Part shown: in pieces, positions 54,987-63,568 of the stretch
Position numbering within the stretch: position 1 is the stretch's first letter
Layout of the letters: every line of letters begins with the position of its first letter
Source of the DNA: Thermodesulfobacteriota bacterium
Lineage (GTDB): Bacteria; Desulfobacterota_D; UBA1144; Nemesobacterales; UBA2774
DNA length: 64,000 nt
Assembly (NCBI GenBank): GCA_035325995.1
Contig: DAOKYU010000004.1
Span: 1,322-65,321, forward strand
Direction of reading: 5' to 3'
Notes under the pieces: generated by a model
Seen by the model: only the letters and a program-made list of their open reading frames with translations
What the model was told of the DNA's origin: nothing
Databases searched by the model: none
Program-made: the position numbers and the translations under genes

Positions 54987-55938
54987 GCCCGAGGTAGAGG
55001 TCGATATTCTCGCGGAGCCAGTTGTAGTGCTCCGTAAGCCCTTCCCTTATACCGAAGACAGGGGAGTAGTTAAAATCCCTTTCGGCCCTGGATACGTCGG
55101 CGGAGGTATGCCGCGCGTCGCCCCTTTCGGAATCCCTGTAATCGATTTTTATCTCCGCGCCCGAGATCTCTTCGATGAGGCGTATCGCGTCGATAAGCCT
55201 TATGCGCGTCCCGCCGCCTATGTTATAGCTCTCTCCGTTTACGCCCCCCGAGAATGCCCGGAGGTTCGCCTCGACCGCGTCCGAGACGAAAGTGAAGTCG
55301 CGCGTCTGCTCGCCGGTGCCGAAGACCGTTATCGAGCCGCCCGTAATTGCCGCCCTTATGAACCTGTGAAAGGCCATGTCGGGGCGCTGGCGCGGGCCGT
55401 AGACAGTGAAATACCTGAGGGAGACCACGGGAACGCCGTAGCCCTTGTAGTAGAGGGTCGCGAGGTTCTCGCCGGCGAGCTTCGTAACGCCGTAGGGCGA
55501 GACGGGCCTTAGCTGGACATCCTCCCTCGTCGGGAAGGCCTCGGCGTCGCCGTAGACGGACGAGGACGAGGCGTAGACGAACTTTTTGAGGTTCTTGTCC
55601 TTGGCGGCTTCGAGAAGGAGCTGCGTGCAGGAGATGTTGTTCCTCACGTACTCGCCGAACCTCCCGCCCCAGCTCGTCCTCACGCCGGCGATGGCGGCCT
55701 GGTGGTATACGCCTTCGACCCCGGTCAGGAGCCCATCGAGGTCGAGGCCCGAGAGGTCGCCCTCTATGAATTCGAACCCCGGCTTTCCGAGGAGGGCCTT
55801 CATGTTATTCTCTTTTATCTCGCGCGGATAAAAATCGAGAAACGAATCCACGCCGACGACGCTGTGGCCGTCGGCCACGAGCCTCTCGGCAAGATGCGAG
55901 CCAATAAATCCCGAAACCCCTGTCACAAGTATGCGCAT
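54976..55938 (-). CDS. NAD-dependent nucleotide-sugar epimerase/dehydratase (extended SDR)
   Basis: [16 protein letters not shown] Rossmann motif, ASSSSVYG, and YGVTK (the YxxxK catalytic motif). Confidence 0.85.
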   Translation of the reverse strand: MRILVTGVSGFIGSHLAERLVADGHSVVGVDSFLDFYPREIKENNMKALLGKPGFEFIEGDLSGLDLDGLLTGVEGVYHQAAIAGVRTSWGGRFGEYVRNNISCTQLLLEAAKDKNLKKFVYASSSSVYGDAEAFPTREDVQLRPVSPYGVTKLAGENLATLYYKGYGVPVVSLRYFTVYGPRQRPDMAFHRFIRAAITGGSITVFGTGEQTRDFTFVSDAVEANLRAFSGGVNGESYNIGGGTRIRLIDAIRLIEEISGAEIKIDYRDSERGDARHTSADVSRAERDFNYSPVFGIREGLTEHYNWLRENIDLYLGLNL

Positions 55939-56026
55939 GCAGTAAAGCGGCCTCCCGGCGGTTGCTTATTCCCCGCGTCTGCCGCCGATTGACAAAAATC
56001 CTGCGGGGAAATAGATTTGTATACAA

Positions 56027-56491
56027 ATGAAAACCGGAATAATAATACCCCTCATTTTACTCGCGGTCACTGCGGCCCCGGTGATATCCTCGGCCATACC
56101 CCGGCCGTGCTCGGAGGGGGAGCTCCTCGAAAGCTCGGACTACGCCGTCCGGGGGACCGTGACGAAGGTCGAGTGCGGGGAGGCGCATGACTCCGGGGAG
56201 TGCAGGCCGCGCGGCGGCGAGGCCGGCTTTAAGCCGGAGATGGTGGCGAAGTGCACGGCAATGGTCTCGGTTACGAAGAGCATAAAGGGGAATTACGCAC
56301 CCGGGAGCGAGGCCCCCGTGCCGTTTTTGAAGGTCGTCTCGAAGTGCGAGAACGGGAGCCACATAATACCCGGGAGCCCCAAGGCGGACCTTTCCGTAAA
56401 TATGCCGGTGGTGTATTACAACTCGGACGCGTGCAGATATTCCAACCTCGAAATCCTCCCGTCCCCTACCCCCGGCCCGGACAGCGAATAG
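56027..56491 (+). CDS. Hypothetical small secreted Cys-containing protein
   Basis: 154 aa. Clear signal peptide (MKTGIIIPLILLAVTAAPVISSA), six Cys in the mature part and a Pro-rich tail. I recognise no family. Confidence 0.45.
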   Translation: MKTGIIIPLILLAVTAAPVISSAIPRPCSEGELLESSDYAVRGTVTKVECGEAHDSGECRPRGGEAGFKPEMVAKCTAMVSVTKSIKGNYAPGSEAPVPFLKVVSKCENGSHIIPGSPKADLSVNMPVVYYNSDACRYSNLEILPSPTPGPDSE

Positions 56492-56547
56492 TCCTTTTTT
56501 CCGAAAAGCCGGTTATAATCCCGGAAGCGCCGTACCGGGTCATTCAC

Positions 56548-58131
56548 ATGCCGTTAAGCTCCTTCGAACTCGAAATATTCAGAAACGTACTGAGCTCGAT
56601 AGCCGAGGAAATGGGCGTCGTTCTCATCCGTGCAGCCTTCTCGCCGAACATAAAGGAGAGAAGGGACCTCTCTTGCGCGATATTCAAGACGGACGGTGAA
56701 ATGATAGCGCAGGCCGCGCACATCCCCGTACATCTCGGGTCGATGAGCTTCGCCGTAAGGGCCGTAATGGACGACCCCTATACGGCGCCCGGCGACGTAT
56801 TCATACTGAACGACCCGTACAAGGGCGGGACGCACCTGCCCGACGTCACGTGCATAGCGCCCGTGTTCATCGATGGGAAGCTGGAATTCTACGTGGCTGC
56901 GCGCGCCCACCACGCCGACATCGGCGGCCTCACGCCGGGCTCGATGCCGCTTTCTACGTCCATAGAAGAGGAAGGGCTTTTGATCCCGCCTTCGCGGCTC
57001 TACAGGAAAGGGAGGCTTAACAGGAAGCTGTTCGGCGAAATCCTTTCGGCGACGAGGGACCCCGAGGAAAGGGAGGGCGACCTCCGGGCGCAGCTCGGCT
57101 CGCTCGAGGTCGGGGTGAAGAGGCTCGGGCACGCGGCAGAGAAATACACTCTGCGGAAGATAAAAGAGGCCGGCGACGAGCTTCTTGCGTACAGCGAGAA
57201 GATGATGAGAGAGGTCATAAGGAAGATCCCGGACGGAACTTATAAATTCAGGGACTTTCTCGACGACGACGGGGCCGGAACCGGGAACATACCGATAGAG
57301 GTTGCCGTAACCATAAAGGGCGGCGCGGCCGTCGTCGACTTTTCGGGAACGTCGAAGATGGTGAAGGGGTGCCTCAATACCCCCCTCAGCGTTACGACGG
57401 CGGCGACGGTGTACGTGTTCCAGTGCATGGCCCCGGCGGAGATGCCGCTCAATTCGGGCCCGCTGCGCGCGATAAGAATCGCCGCCGAAAAGGGGACGAT
57501 ACTCCACGCGCAGTACCCTGCCGCCGTCGTGGGCGGGAACACCGAGACGTCGCAGCGCGTCGTGGACGTCGTGTTCGGGGCGCTCTCGAAAGCCGCGCCC
57601 GAAAGGATACCGGCGGCGAGCGCCGGCACTATGAGCAACACGACGTTCGGCGGGGTGAATCCCGCGACCGGGAAGAAGTTCGCCTACTACGAGACCATCG
57701 CCGGCGGAATGGGCGGGAGGCTCGGGAAGGACGGCGTGAGCGCGGTGCAGACCCACATGACGAATACGCTCAATACCCCTATCGAGGCCCTCGAAAGGGA
57801 GCTCCCCGTGATGATAGATTCCTACAGCGTCAGGCGCGGGAGCGGAGGCGCCGGGCGGTACCGGGGCGGGGACGGGATAGTGAGGAAGTTCAGGTTCCTC
57901 ACCGACGCCGTCCTGTCCATAATAACCGAGAGAAGAAGGCACTCTCCGTATGGCGTAGAAGGCGGAGAGAGCGGAAAGATGGGGAGGAACACGATCACGA
58001 GGCGGGGGAAGCGTAAACAGATAGCCCCGAAGGTTACGCTCGACATAAAGAAGGGGGACGTGCTCGGCATAGAAACCCCGGGGGGCGGAGGCTGGGGCAA
58101 ATCTGCAAAAAGAGGCGGTGCGCGCAAATGA
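56548..58131 (+). CDS. Hydantoinase B / 5-oxoprolinase B-subunit family protein
   Basis: The in-frame ATG at 56548 gives MPLSSFELEIFRNVLSSIAEEMG. Then IKERRDLSCAIF, NDPYKGGTHLPD and HMTNTLNTPIEALE, the HyuB signatures. Confidence 0.85.
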   Translation: MPLSSFELEIFRNVLSSIAEEMGVVLIRAAFSPNIKERRDLSCAIFKTDGEMIAQAAHIPVHLGSMSFAVRAVMDDPYTAPGDVFILNDPYKGGTHLPDVTCIAPVFIDGKLEFYVAARAHHADIGGLTPGSMPLSTSIEEEGLLIPPSRLYRKGRLNRKLFGEILSATRDPEEREGDLRAQLGSLEVGVKRLGHAAEKYTLRKIKEAGDELLAYSEKMMREVIRKIPDGTYKFRDFLDDDGAGTGNIPIEVAVTIKGGAAVVDFSGTSKMVKGCLNTPLSVTTAATVYVFQCMAPAEMPLNSGPLRAIRIAAEKGTILHAQYPAAVVGGNTETSQRVVDVVFGALSKAAPERIPAASAGTMSNTTFGGVNPATGKKFAYYETIAGGMGGRLGKDGVSAVQTHMTNTLNTPIEALERELPVMIDSYSVRRGSGGAGRYRGGDGIVRKFRFLTDAVLSIITERRRHSPYGVEGGESGKMGRNTITRRGKRKQIAPKVTLDIKKGDVLGIETPGGGGWGKSAKRGGARK

Positions 58132-59351
58132 TCGAATATCCGAAGCTTAGATACGTGGAGGCCATACCTTCGCAGGAAAACGGTAAGAAGGTCGTATACC
58201 TGAGGGATCCCCAGAACCCGGGCGGCAACGTGCTCGCCGTTTCTCCGGGCACCGTTATCGCCCTCAGCCTTTTCGACGGGGAGAAGAGCATCGGGGACAT
58301 ATGCGGGATTCTCTCGCAGAGGTTCGGGGGCAGCGTCGAGAGGGGAGACATAGAAAATCTCGTTTCGAAGCTCGACGAGGCGTTATTCCTCGACAGCCCG
58401 AGGTACAGGGAGCACAGAAGCGGCGTCGAGCGGGAATTCAGGGAATCGGAGGTGAGGGAGGCGGGCTTTTCAGGGCTTTCATACCCGTCTTCTGCGGCCG
58501 AGCTCGGAGAATGGTTCGGCAGGTTTCTCAGGGAGACCGGGGGCGCAAGGGAGAACGGTGGAAGAGGAAAGCTCAAGGGGATAATATCCCCCCACATAGA
58601 CTACAGCCGCGGGGGCGTATCCTATGCACGGGCTTACGAGATTCTTCCCGAGAGCGGGGCGGACGTTTTTATAATCTTCGGGACGTCCCACTACGGACAG
58701 GTGGATAACCCGTTCATATTGACGAGAAAGAATTTCAGAACGCCTCTCGGTGAAGCGAAGACGAACGCCGAGATAATCGAAAGGCTCGAGGGCGCATGCG
58801 GATGGGACCTCTTCGAAGGCGAGCTCTCGCACAAGACGGAGCACTCGATAGAGTTCCAGGTCGCTTTCCTCCAGTACGTGCTCGGCGGGAAAAGGGATTT
58901 CACGATAGTCCCGGTGTTGTGCACTTCGTTTCACAGGATGGTTACGGAAGGCTCCTCGCCCTTGGAAGACGGGCGCGTGTCGAAGTTCCTCGGCGAGATG
59001 AAGGAGATCATCTCCGGGCTCGGCGATAGGGCGTTTATAATAGCCGGGGCCGACATGGCGCACGTCGGGCTCAAGTTCGGCGATAACGACAGGGTGAACG
59101 ACGAGACGCTCGGCGTGATAAGGGAAAGGGACCTGGCGTCGCTCGCGTTCGGCGAGAAGATAGACGCCGAGGGTTTTTACAGGTCTATCGAATCCGAGAA
59201 AGACTGGCGGAAGATATGCGGCCTTTCGCCGATATACGCCGCGCTCTCGACGATAGAGACGAAAAGCGGCGTCCTCCTCGATTACGACCAGGCGCTCGAG
59301 CCGGACACGGGATCCGTCGTGAGTTACGCCAGCATGGGATTTTATCTCTGA
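58128..59351 (+). CDS. MEMO1-family protein (AmmeMemoRadiSam system protein B) with an extra ~105-aa N-terminal domain
   Basis: 407 aa. The Memo core runs from about residue 108 (AGFSGLSYPSSAAEL ... ISPHIDYSRGG ... IIFGTSHY ... EHSIEFQV ... ADMAHVG). The N-terminal extension is not part of the normal ~270-290-aa family. The ATG overlaps the hyuB-like stop (ATGA). Confidence 0.8.
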   Translation: MIEYPKLRYVEAIPSQENGKKVVYLRDPQNPGGNVLAVSPGTVIALSLFDGEKSIGDICGILSQRFGGSVERGDIENLVSKLDEALFLDSPRYREHRSGVEREFRESEVREAGFSGLSYPSSAAELGEWFGRFLRETGGARENGGRGKLKGIISPHIDYSRGGVSYARAYEILPESGADVFIIFGTSHYGQVDNPFILTRKNFRTPLGEAKTNAEIIERLEGACGWDLFEGELSHKTEHSIEFQVAFLQYVLGGKRDFTIVPVLCTSFHRMVTEGSSPLEDGRVSKFLGEMKEIISGLGDRAFIIAGADMAHVGLKFGDNDRVNDETLGVIRERDLASLAFGEKIDAEGFYRSIESEKDWRKICGLSPIYAALSTIETKSGVLLDYDQALEPDTGSVVSYASMGFYL

Positions 59352-59415
59352 ACCCGTGGCCGTATAACATACGGACGAATCGTCAGGCATTATAATCTCA
59401 ACGACTCGCAGACGC

Positions 59416-59442
59416 CGGGCGGCGCGGAAAGCCGGCCGCCCG
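59416..59442 (+). terminator. GC-rich hairpin between the Memo-like and dipeptidase genes
   Basis: cgggcggc / gccgcccg outer stem with an inner cgg/ccg pair around aaag, followed by cgggaattt. It could act as a terminator or attenuator. Confidence 0.3.
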
Positions 59443-59463
59443 CGGGAATTTACAGGCACCGTA

Positions 59464-60432
59464 ATGCTGAAAGACCTTTTCATACTCGACGCGCACGAAG
59501 ACATAGCGTTTCATTTGACCTATTTCGGGAGGGATTTCGTAAACCCGGAATCGCCCTGCATGATAACCCTCCCCTGGCTTAAAGAGGGGCAGGTCGGGCT
59601 CGTCTTCAACACCATATTCGTTCACCCGAAGCATAAGCCCGAAAAGACCGTCGAGTCCGCGCTGGCCCAGTTCGGCACGTACGACAGGATATACAGGGAG
59701 CACGCGGGCGAGGTGTTCCAGGTTAAAACCCCTGGCGACCTCGACGGGATAGAGCAGGGGAGCCGCATAGGGTTCCTCACGCTCATGGAGGGAGCGGACC
59801 CCGTCGAGTCACCGGAAAAGCTCCGCGAATTTTACGACAGAGGGGTCAGGATCATCGGGCTTTCCTGGAACGACAAAAACATCTATGCGTCGGGGAACGA
59901 CACCGAAGAAGGGCTTTCCGAAGAAGGGAAGAGGCTCATCCAAGAGATGAACGGGCTCGGCATAACGCTCGACCTTTCCCACATAAACGAAAAGGGGTTC
60001 CGGGAAGCCATCGGGCTCACGAAGCTTATACCCATAGCGTCGCATTCGAACGCGCGGGCCGTGACCGACCACCCGAGGAATCTCAGGGACGAGCAGATAA
60101 CCGCCATAGCCGAGCGCGGGGGAGTCGTCGGGCTAGTGCTGTATAACCAGTTCTTAAGGACCGGCGGGGGGACGCCGACCCTCGAAGACGTTTTTACGCA
60201 CGCGGATCATATGGTGAGGCTCGTCGGCGAGGATCACGTGGGAATTGGAAGCGACATGGACGGGGCCCGCATCGTGGATTTTCCGGAGGAGCTCCGAAGA
60301 ATAGCCGACCTTCCGAAGATAGCCGACTACTTTCTCGAAAAGGGTTATTCCGAAGAGAGAGTGAGGAAGATCATGGGCGGGAATTTCCTCAGGGTGATGA
60401 GGGAAAACCTCCGGGGGCAGTCACTGGCCTGA
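59464..60432 (+). CDS. Membrane (renal-type) dipeptidase, peptidase family M19
   Basis: 322 aa. DAHEDI metal site, LDLSH, ASHSNARAVTDHPRNLRDEQI, GIGSDMDG. Confidence 0.85.
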   Translation: MLKDLFILDAHEDIAFHLTYFGRDFVNPESPCMITLPWLKEGQVGLVFNTIFVHPKHKPEKTVESALAQFGTYDRIYREHAGEVFQVKTPGDLDGIEQGSRIGFLTLMEGADPVESPEKLREFYDRGVRIIGLSWNDKNIYASGNDTEEGLSEEGKRLIQEMNGLGITLDLSHINEKGFREAIGLTKLIPIASHSNARAVTDHPRNLRDEQITAIAERGGVVGLVLYNQFLRTGGGTPTLEDVFTHADHMVRLVGEDHVGIGSDMDGARIVDFPEELRRIADLPKIADYFLEKGYSEERVRKIMGGNFLRVMRENLRGQSLA

Positions 60433-60738
60433 TTTAATGGCCGCAAGGATTTCCCGGGCCTTGTTCCTGTTATACCCGTCCGCTCTCCCCATTATAAGAA
60501 ACCAGTCGATTATCCAGAGTATCCCGAATAGTCCCGCCGTCAGGAGCTTTAATATACCCATGACGAGGTCCCCGACGTAGAACCGGTCGATGCCCAGCGT
60601 GCCGAGAAGTATCGACAGGATGAGGGCTATTGTCCTGTCTTTCCTAACAGAATTGTATTGAGTCTGGAACAGGATTTTCTGCTGGTCGTTAAGCCCCTGC
60701 TGCATGTTCGCAAGCTCCATAGGGTCCAGGTCAGCCAT
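60421..60738 (-). CDS. TM2-domain membrane protein
   Basis: 105 aa. LSILLGTLGIDRFYVGD ... LLTAGLFGILWIIDWFLI is the TM2 signature. Its 3' end overlaps the convergent dipeptidase gene by 12 nt. Confidence 0.8.
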   Translation of the reverse strand: MADLDPMELANMQQGLNDQQKILFQTQYNSVRKDRTIALILSILLGTLGIDRFYVGDLVMGILKLLTAGLFGILWIIDWFLIMGRADGYNRNKAREILAAIKSGQ

Positions 60739-60948
60739 GCCGATTCTCCTTTTCGAGTAAGGTTTGGAGACCGGGAGCCGGGGATGCGGGGAGGCAGGGC
60801 GGCGGCCGGGGAACGAAGCGGTCCTGAATGCCGCGCCGATTCCTGCACCCGAGTCACGGGTCTCACTCGTAATTATAGAGCAATAGAGAGAGATTCACAC
60901 GGAGAATTCTCAGCGTCGGGATCACCGGCGAATACGCCGGGCCCCGGG

Positions 60949-61980
60949 CTACTCGCCCGTCTCCATCCTCCTGATGAGCGCGTCTGCGAATTCCGTCGTG
61001 CTCAGTTGCCCGCCGAGGTCGCGCGTCTTGTCGCCTTCCTGGAGCGCACGGTCGTAGGCGTGCTTTATCCTCTCGGCGCATTCGAAGAAATCTTCGCGGC
61101 CCTCGGTGTCGGCGATGTGATTCAGCATCATGACGCCCGACATCAGTAGCGCGAGCGGGTTCGCGACGTTCTTTCCGGCGATGTCGGGGGCCGAGCCGTG
61201 CACAGCTTCGAACACGGCTTCGCTATCGCCGATGTTAGCGCCCGGCACCACTCCGAGCCCGCCCACGAGCCCCGCGCAGAGGTCGCTGATGAGGTCGCCG
61301 TAGAGATTTTCGAGGAGAAGGATGTCGAACTGGGGGGGGTCCTGGACGAGCTTCATACATCCGGCGTCGATTATCATCTCCTGGTATTCGATGTCGGGGT
61401 ATTCGAGGGCCGCTTCCTTGGACTTGCTTATGAAAAGCCCGTCCGTCATCTTCATGATGTTCGCCTTGTGAAAGACCGTAACCTTCCTCCTGTGGCGGTG
61501 GCGCGCGTATTCGAACGCCCAGTGGGATATGCACGAGCAGGCCTTTTCGGTGGCGACCTTCATGCTCATGACGACGCCCGGTGTGACTACGTTTTCGACG
61601 CCGCTGTAGAGGCCCTCGGTGTTCTCGCGGATTATGACTATATCGACGTTGTTAAAGCGCGTCGTGACTCCGGGGAGGTTCCTTACCGGCCTGACTGCAG
61701 CGTAGAGGTCGAGGATTTTCCTGAGCTGGACGTTCACCGACGTAAAGCCCTTCCCTATTGGCGTCGTGCACGGCCCCTTGAGCGCTACCTTGTGCTCTTT
61801 TATCGCGTCTATGGTTTCCTCCGGCATGACGTGGAGCCCTTGTTCGAGGGCCGAAAGGCCGGCCAGATGCTCTACCCATTCGATGTCTGCGCCGGATGCC
61901 GCTATGACTTTTTCTACCGCTGCGGTAATCTCGGGCCCTATACCGTCGCCCGGAATGATAACGATTCTGCGTGTGCTCAT
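60949..61980 (-). CDS. Isocitrate/isopropylmalate dehydrogenase family enzyme, NAD-IDH-like
   Basis: Start at ATG 61980 (MSTRRIVIIPGDGIGPEI). IIRENTEGLYSG, NLYGDLISDLCAGLVGGLG, HGSAPDIAGKNVANP. The substrate (isocitrate, homoisocitrate or 3-IPM) cannot be decided by eye. Confidence 0.85.
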   Translation of the reverse strand: MSTRRIVIIPGDGIGPEITAAVEKVIAASGADIEWVEHLAGLSALEQGLHVMPEETIDAIKEHKVALKGPCTTPIGKGFTSVNVQLRKILDLYAAVRPVRNLPGVTTRFNNVDIVIIRENTEGLYSGVENVVTPGVVMSMKVATEKACSCISHWAFEYARHRHRRKVTVFHKANIMKMTDGLFISKSKEAALEYPDIEYQEMIIDAGCMKLVQDPPQFDILLLENLYGDLISDLCAGLVGGLGVVPGANIGDSEAVFEAVHGSAPDIAGKNVANPLALLMSGVMMLNHIADTEGREDFFECAERIKHAYDRALQEGDKTRDLGGQLSTTEFADALIRRMETGE

Positions 61981-62109
61981 GATGGATATTGAACCCTGAT
62001 TTTGGGAGGTTATCAATTCCCCGGGCGAAATGCGGGGTTTTTTAGAGCCGCCGGGATGCAGAACGGCGCGGCAGGCCGCCGAGGAAACCGTGCCGCTCAT
62101 TCCGGGACG

Positions 62110-63366
62110 TCAGAACCGGCACGTAATCTTAAAGCCGTAGTAGTCGTAATCGTTCGTTACGCCGGCTGCGTACGTGAACGAAAGGTCTATCGCGTTTACA
62201 TAGGAGTCGGCTATTTTCTTCACCGTCGCCATGCCGAGGCCCATGTCGTAGAAGGAATCGAGATAGAGGTTATTTCCCCAGAAGCGCGTGAAGTTGAAAA
62301 AGAACCTGAACGCCGCGGGGTTGCCGAGGACGTTGAAATCGAGCTTCTGGGTGAGGTCGACGCCGTTCCTGAGGACGTAGTTCGTAAGCTCGTAGCTAAT
62401 GTCGTATCCCTTTATCTTTATGCCGTCTATGGTGGTGGATATGCCGCCGAGTGTTCCGAATCCTATGTGCGTCGAACCCATCTTGTAGTGGAAATAGTTC
62501 GTTAGGCTGCCCGATACGAGAACGGCAAGCGCGCCGACGTCGATTGAGCCCACGCCGCCCGCGCGCGCCATGGGCGTAAGGCTCCACCACCGGGTCGGGC
62601 GGTACTGAACGCCCGTGCCGAAAGAGGCCATGTAGGACCACGAGCCCTCCGTCCGCGTCAAGGTCACGGGGAGGTCGAAGATGAGGGAGAGCTTCGGAAC
62701 GCTCTTTAAATTCCACTTGTAATTTATGGGGACGCTCACGACCTGACCGTCGAACGCGCCGGCGTCGAAGAACCCGTATTCCGCCCCGAAGGTGAACTGG
62801 TTCCTGATGCCCCCGGCGACGCCCGGGGCCGTGATGAACGGCCCGGTTATTCCGGCGTCGAAGTCGGACATGAACATCCTCGTCTGGAGGCTGTTCGGAT
62901 TTCCGGCGACCGGGTCTACGGGCGAGTACCTGACAAGGAGCTGAAGAAGCGTCGTGAGCTTGGCGTCGGACGCTGACAGCGATTCGTAGTTGCCCTTGAG
63001 CCAGTCCTCGAAGAGCTCCTGGCTCTCGTCCCTCGTCGCCCCGTCGAACTCTATTCTGAATTTTGTTCCCGGCACCCTGAAGATAAGGACAGGGGAATTC
63101 TCGGGATACTCGATTATTACGCCGAGTCCCCTTAGATTGACCCTCGCGAACACCGCCGAATCGGGTGTGTAATCCGGGAAAAAACCCTCAAGCGATTTAT
63201 TGTCGAAGAAATCGACTATCTTGAATATCTTGTTGGTCCCCTGGAAAACGCTGTCGTCCTCGACCTCTATATCGGCTATGAAAAGGTCCCTTGCACCCGC
63301 CGGGAGGGCATAAAACCCGTAAAGCGCGAGCAGGAGCCATAGAAAGGCGGCGGTTCTCGTGTGCAT
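62110..63366 (-). CDS. Hypothetical outer-membrane beta-barrel protein
   Basis: 418 aa. Signal peptide (LLLALYGFYALPAGA), alternating hydrophobic beta-strand pattern in the C-terminal ~260 aa, and a terminal aromatic residue (KITCRF), as in OMP beta-signals. I recognise no family. Confidence 0.5.
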   Translation of the reverse strand: MHTRTAAFLWLLLALYGFYALPAGARDLFIADIEVEDDSVFQGTNKIFKIVDFFDNKSLEGFFPDYTPDSAVFARVNLRGLGVIIEYPENSPVLIFRVPGTKFRIEFDGATRDESQELFEDWLKGNYESLSASDAKLTTLLQLLVRYSPVDPVAGNPNSLQTRMFMSDFDAGITGPFITAPGVAGGIRNQFTFGAEYGFFDAGAFDGQVVSVPINYKWNLKSVPKLSLIFDLPVTLTRTEGSWSYMASFGTGVQYRPTRWWSLTPMARAGGVGSIDVGALAVLVSGSLTNYFHYKMGSTHIGFGTLGGISTTIDGIKIKGYDISYELTNYVLRNGVDLTQKLDFNVLGNPAAFRFFFNFTRFWGNNLYLDSFYDMGLGMATVKKIADSYVNAIDLSFTYAAGVTNDYDYYGFKITCRF

Positions 63367-63532
63367 AAGTCCATCCTCCGGAAGCCGGGCGAGAACGCCG
63401 GAGCCGTTACATAATTACACAGCAAATCGAGCCCGACTTCAAGATGTGAAAACAGCATGGGAAAAGATGGAACGATCGGGACGGGATTTTACCGGCGTAT
63501 TCTAATGAAAGCGCCGCCGACAAAGAATAAAG

Positions 63533-63558
63533 GGGCCCGGACCGGGATGTCCGGGCCC
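63533..63558 (-). terminator. Intrinsic-terminator-like hairpin downstream of the ydbL-like gene
   Basis: 9-bp perfect stem gggcccgga / tccgggccc with an 8-nt loop. On the minus strand it is followed by cctttattctttg (T-rich). It lies 11 nt after the stop codon. Confidence 0.5.
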
Positions 63559-63568
63559 GGGATTATAT

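Noticed and set aside
56554-57942. 462-aa ORF on the - strand inside the hyuB-like gene
   Set aside because: Antisense artefact, Arg/Pro/Gly-rich. The + frame has the HyuB signatures.
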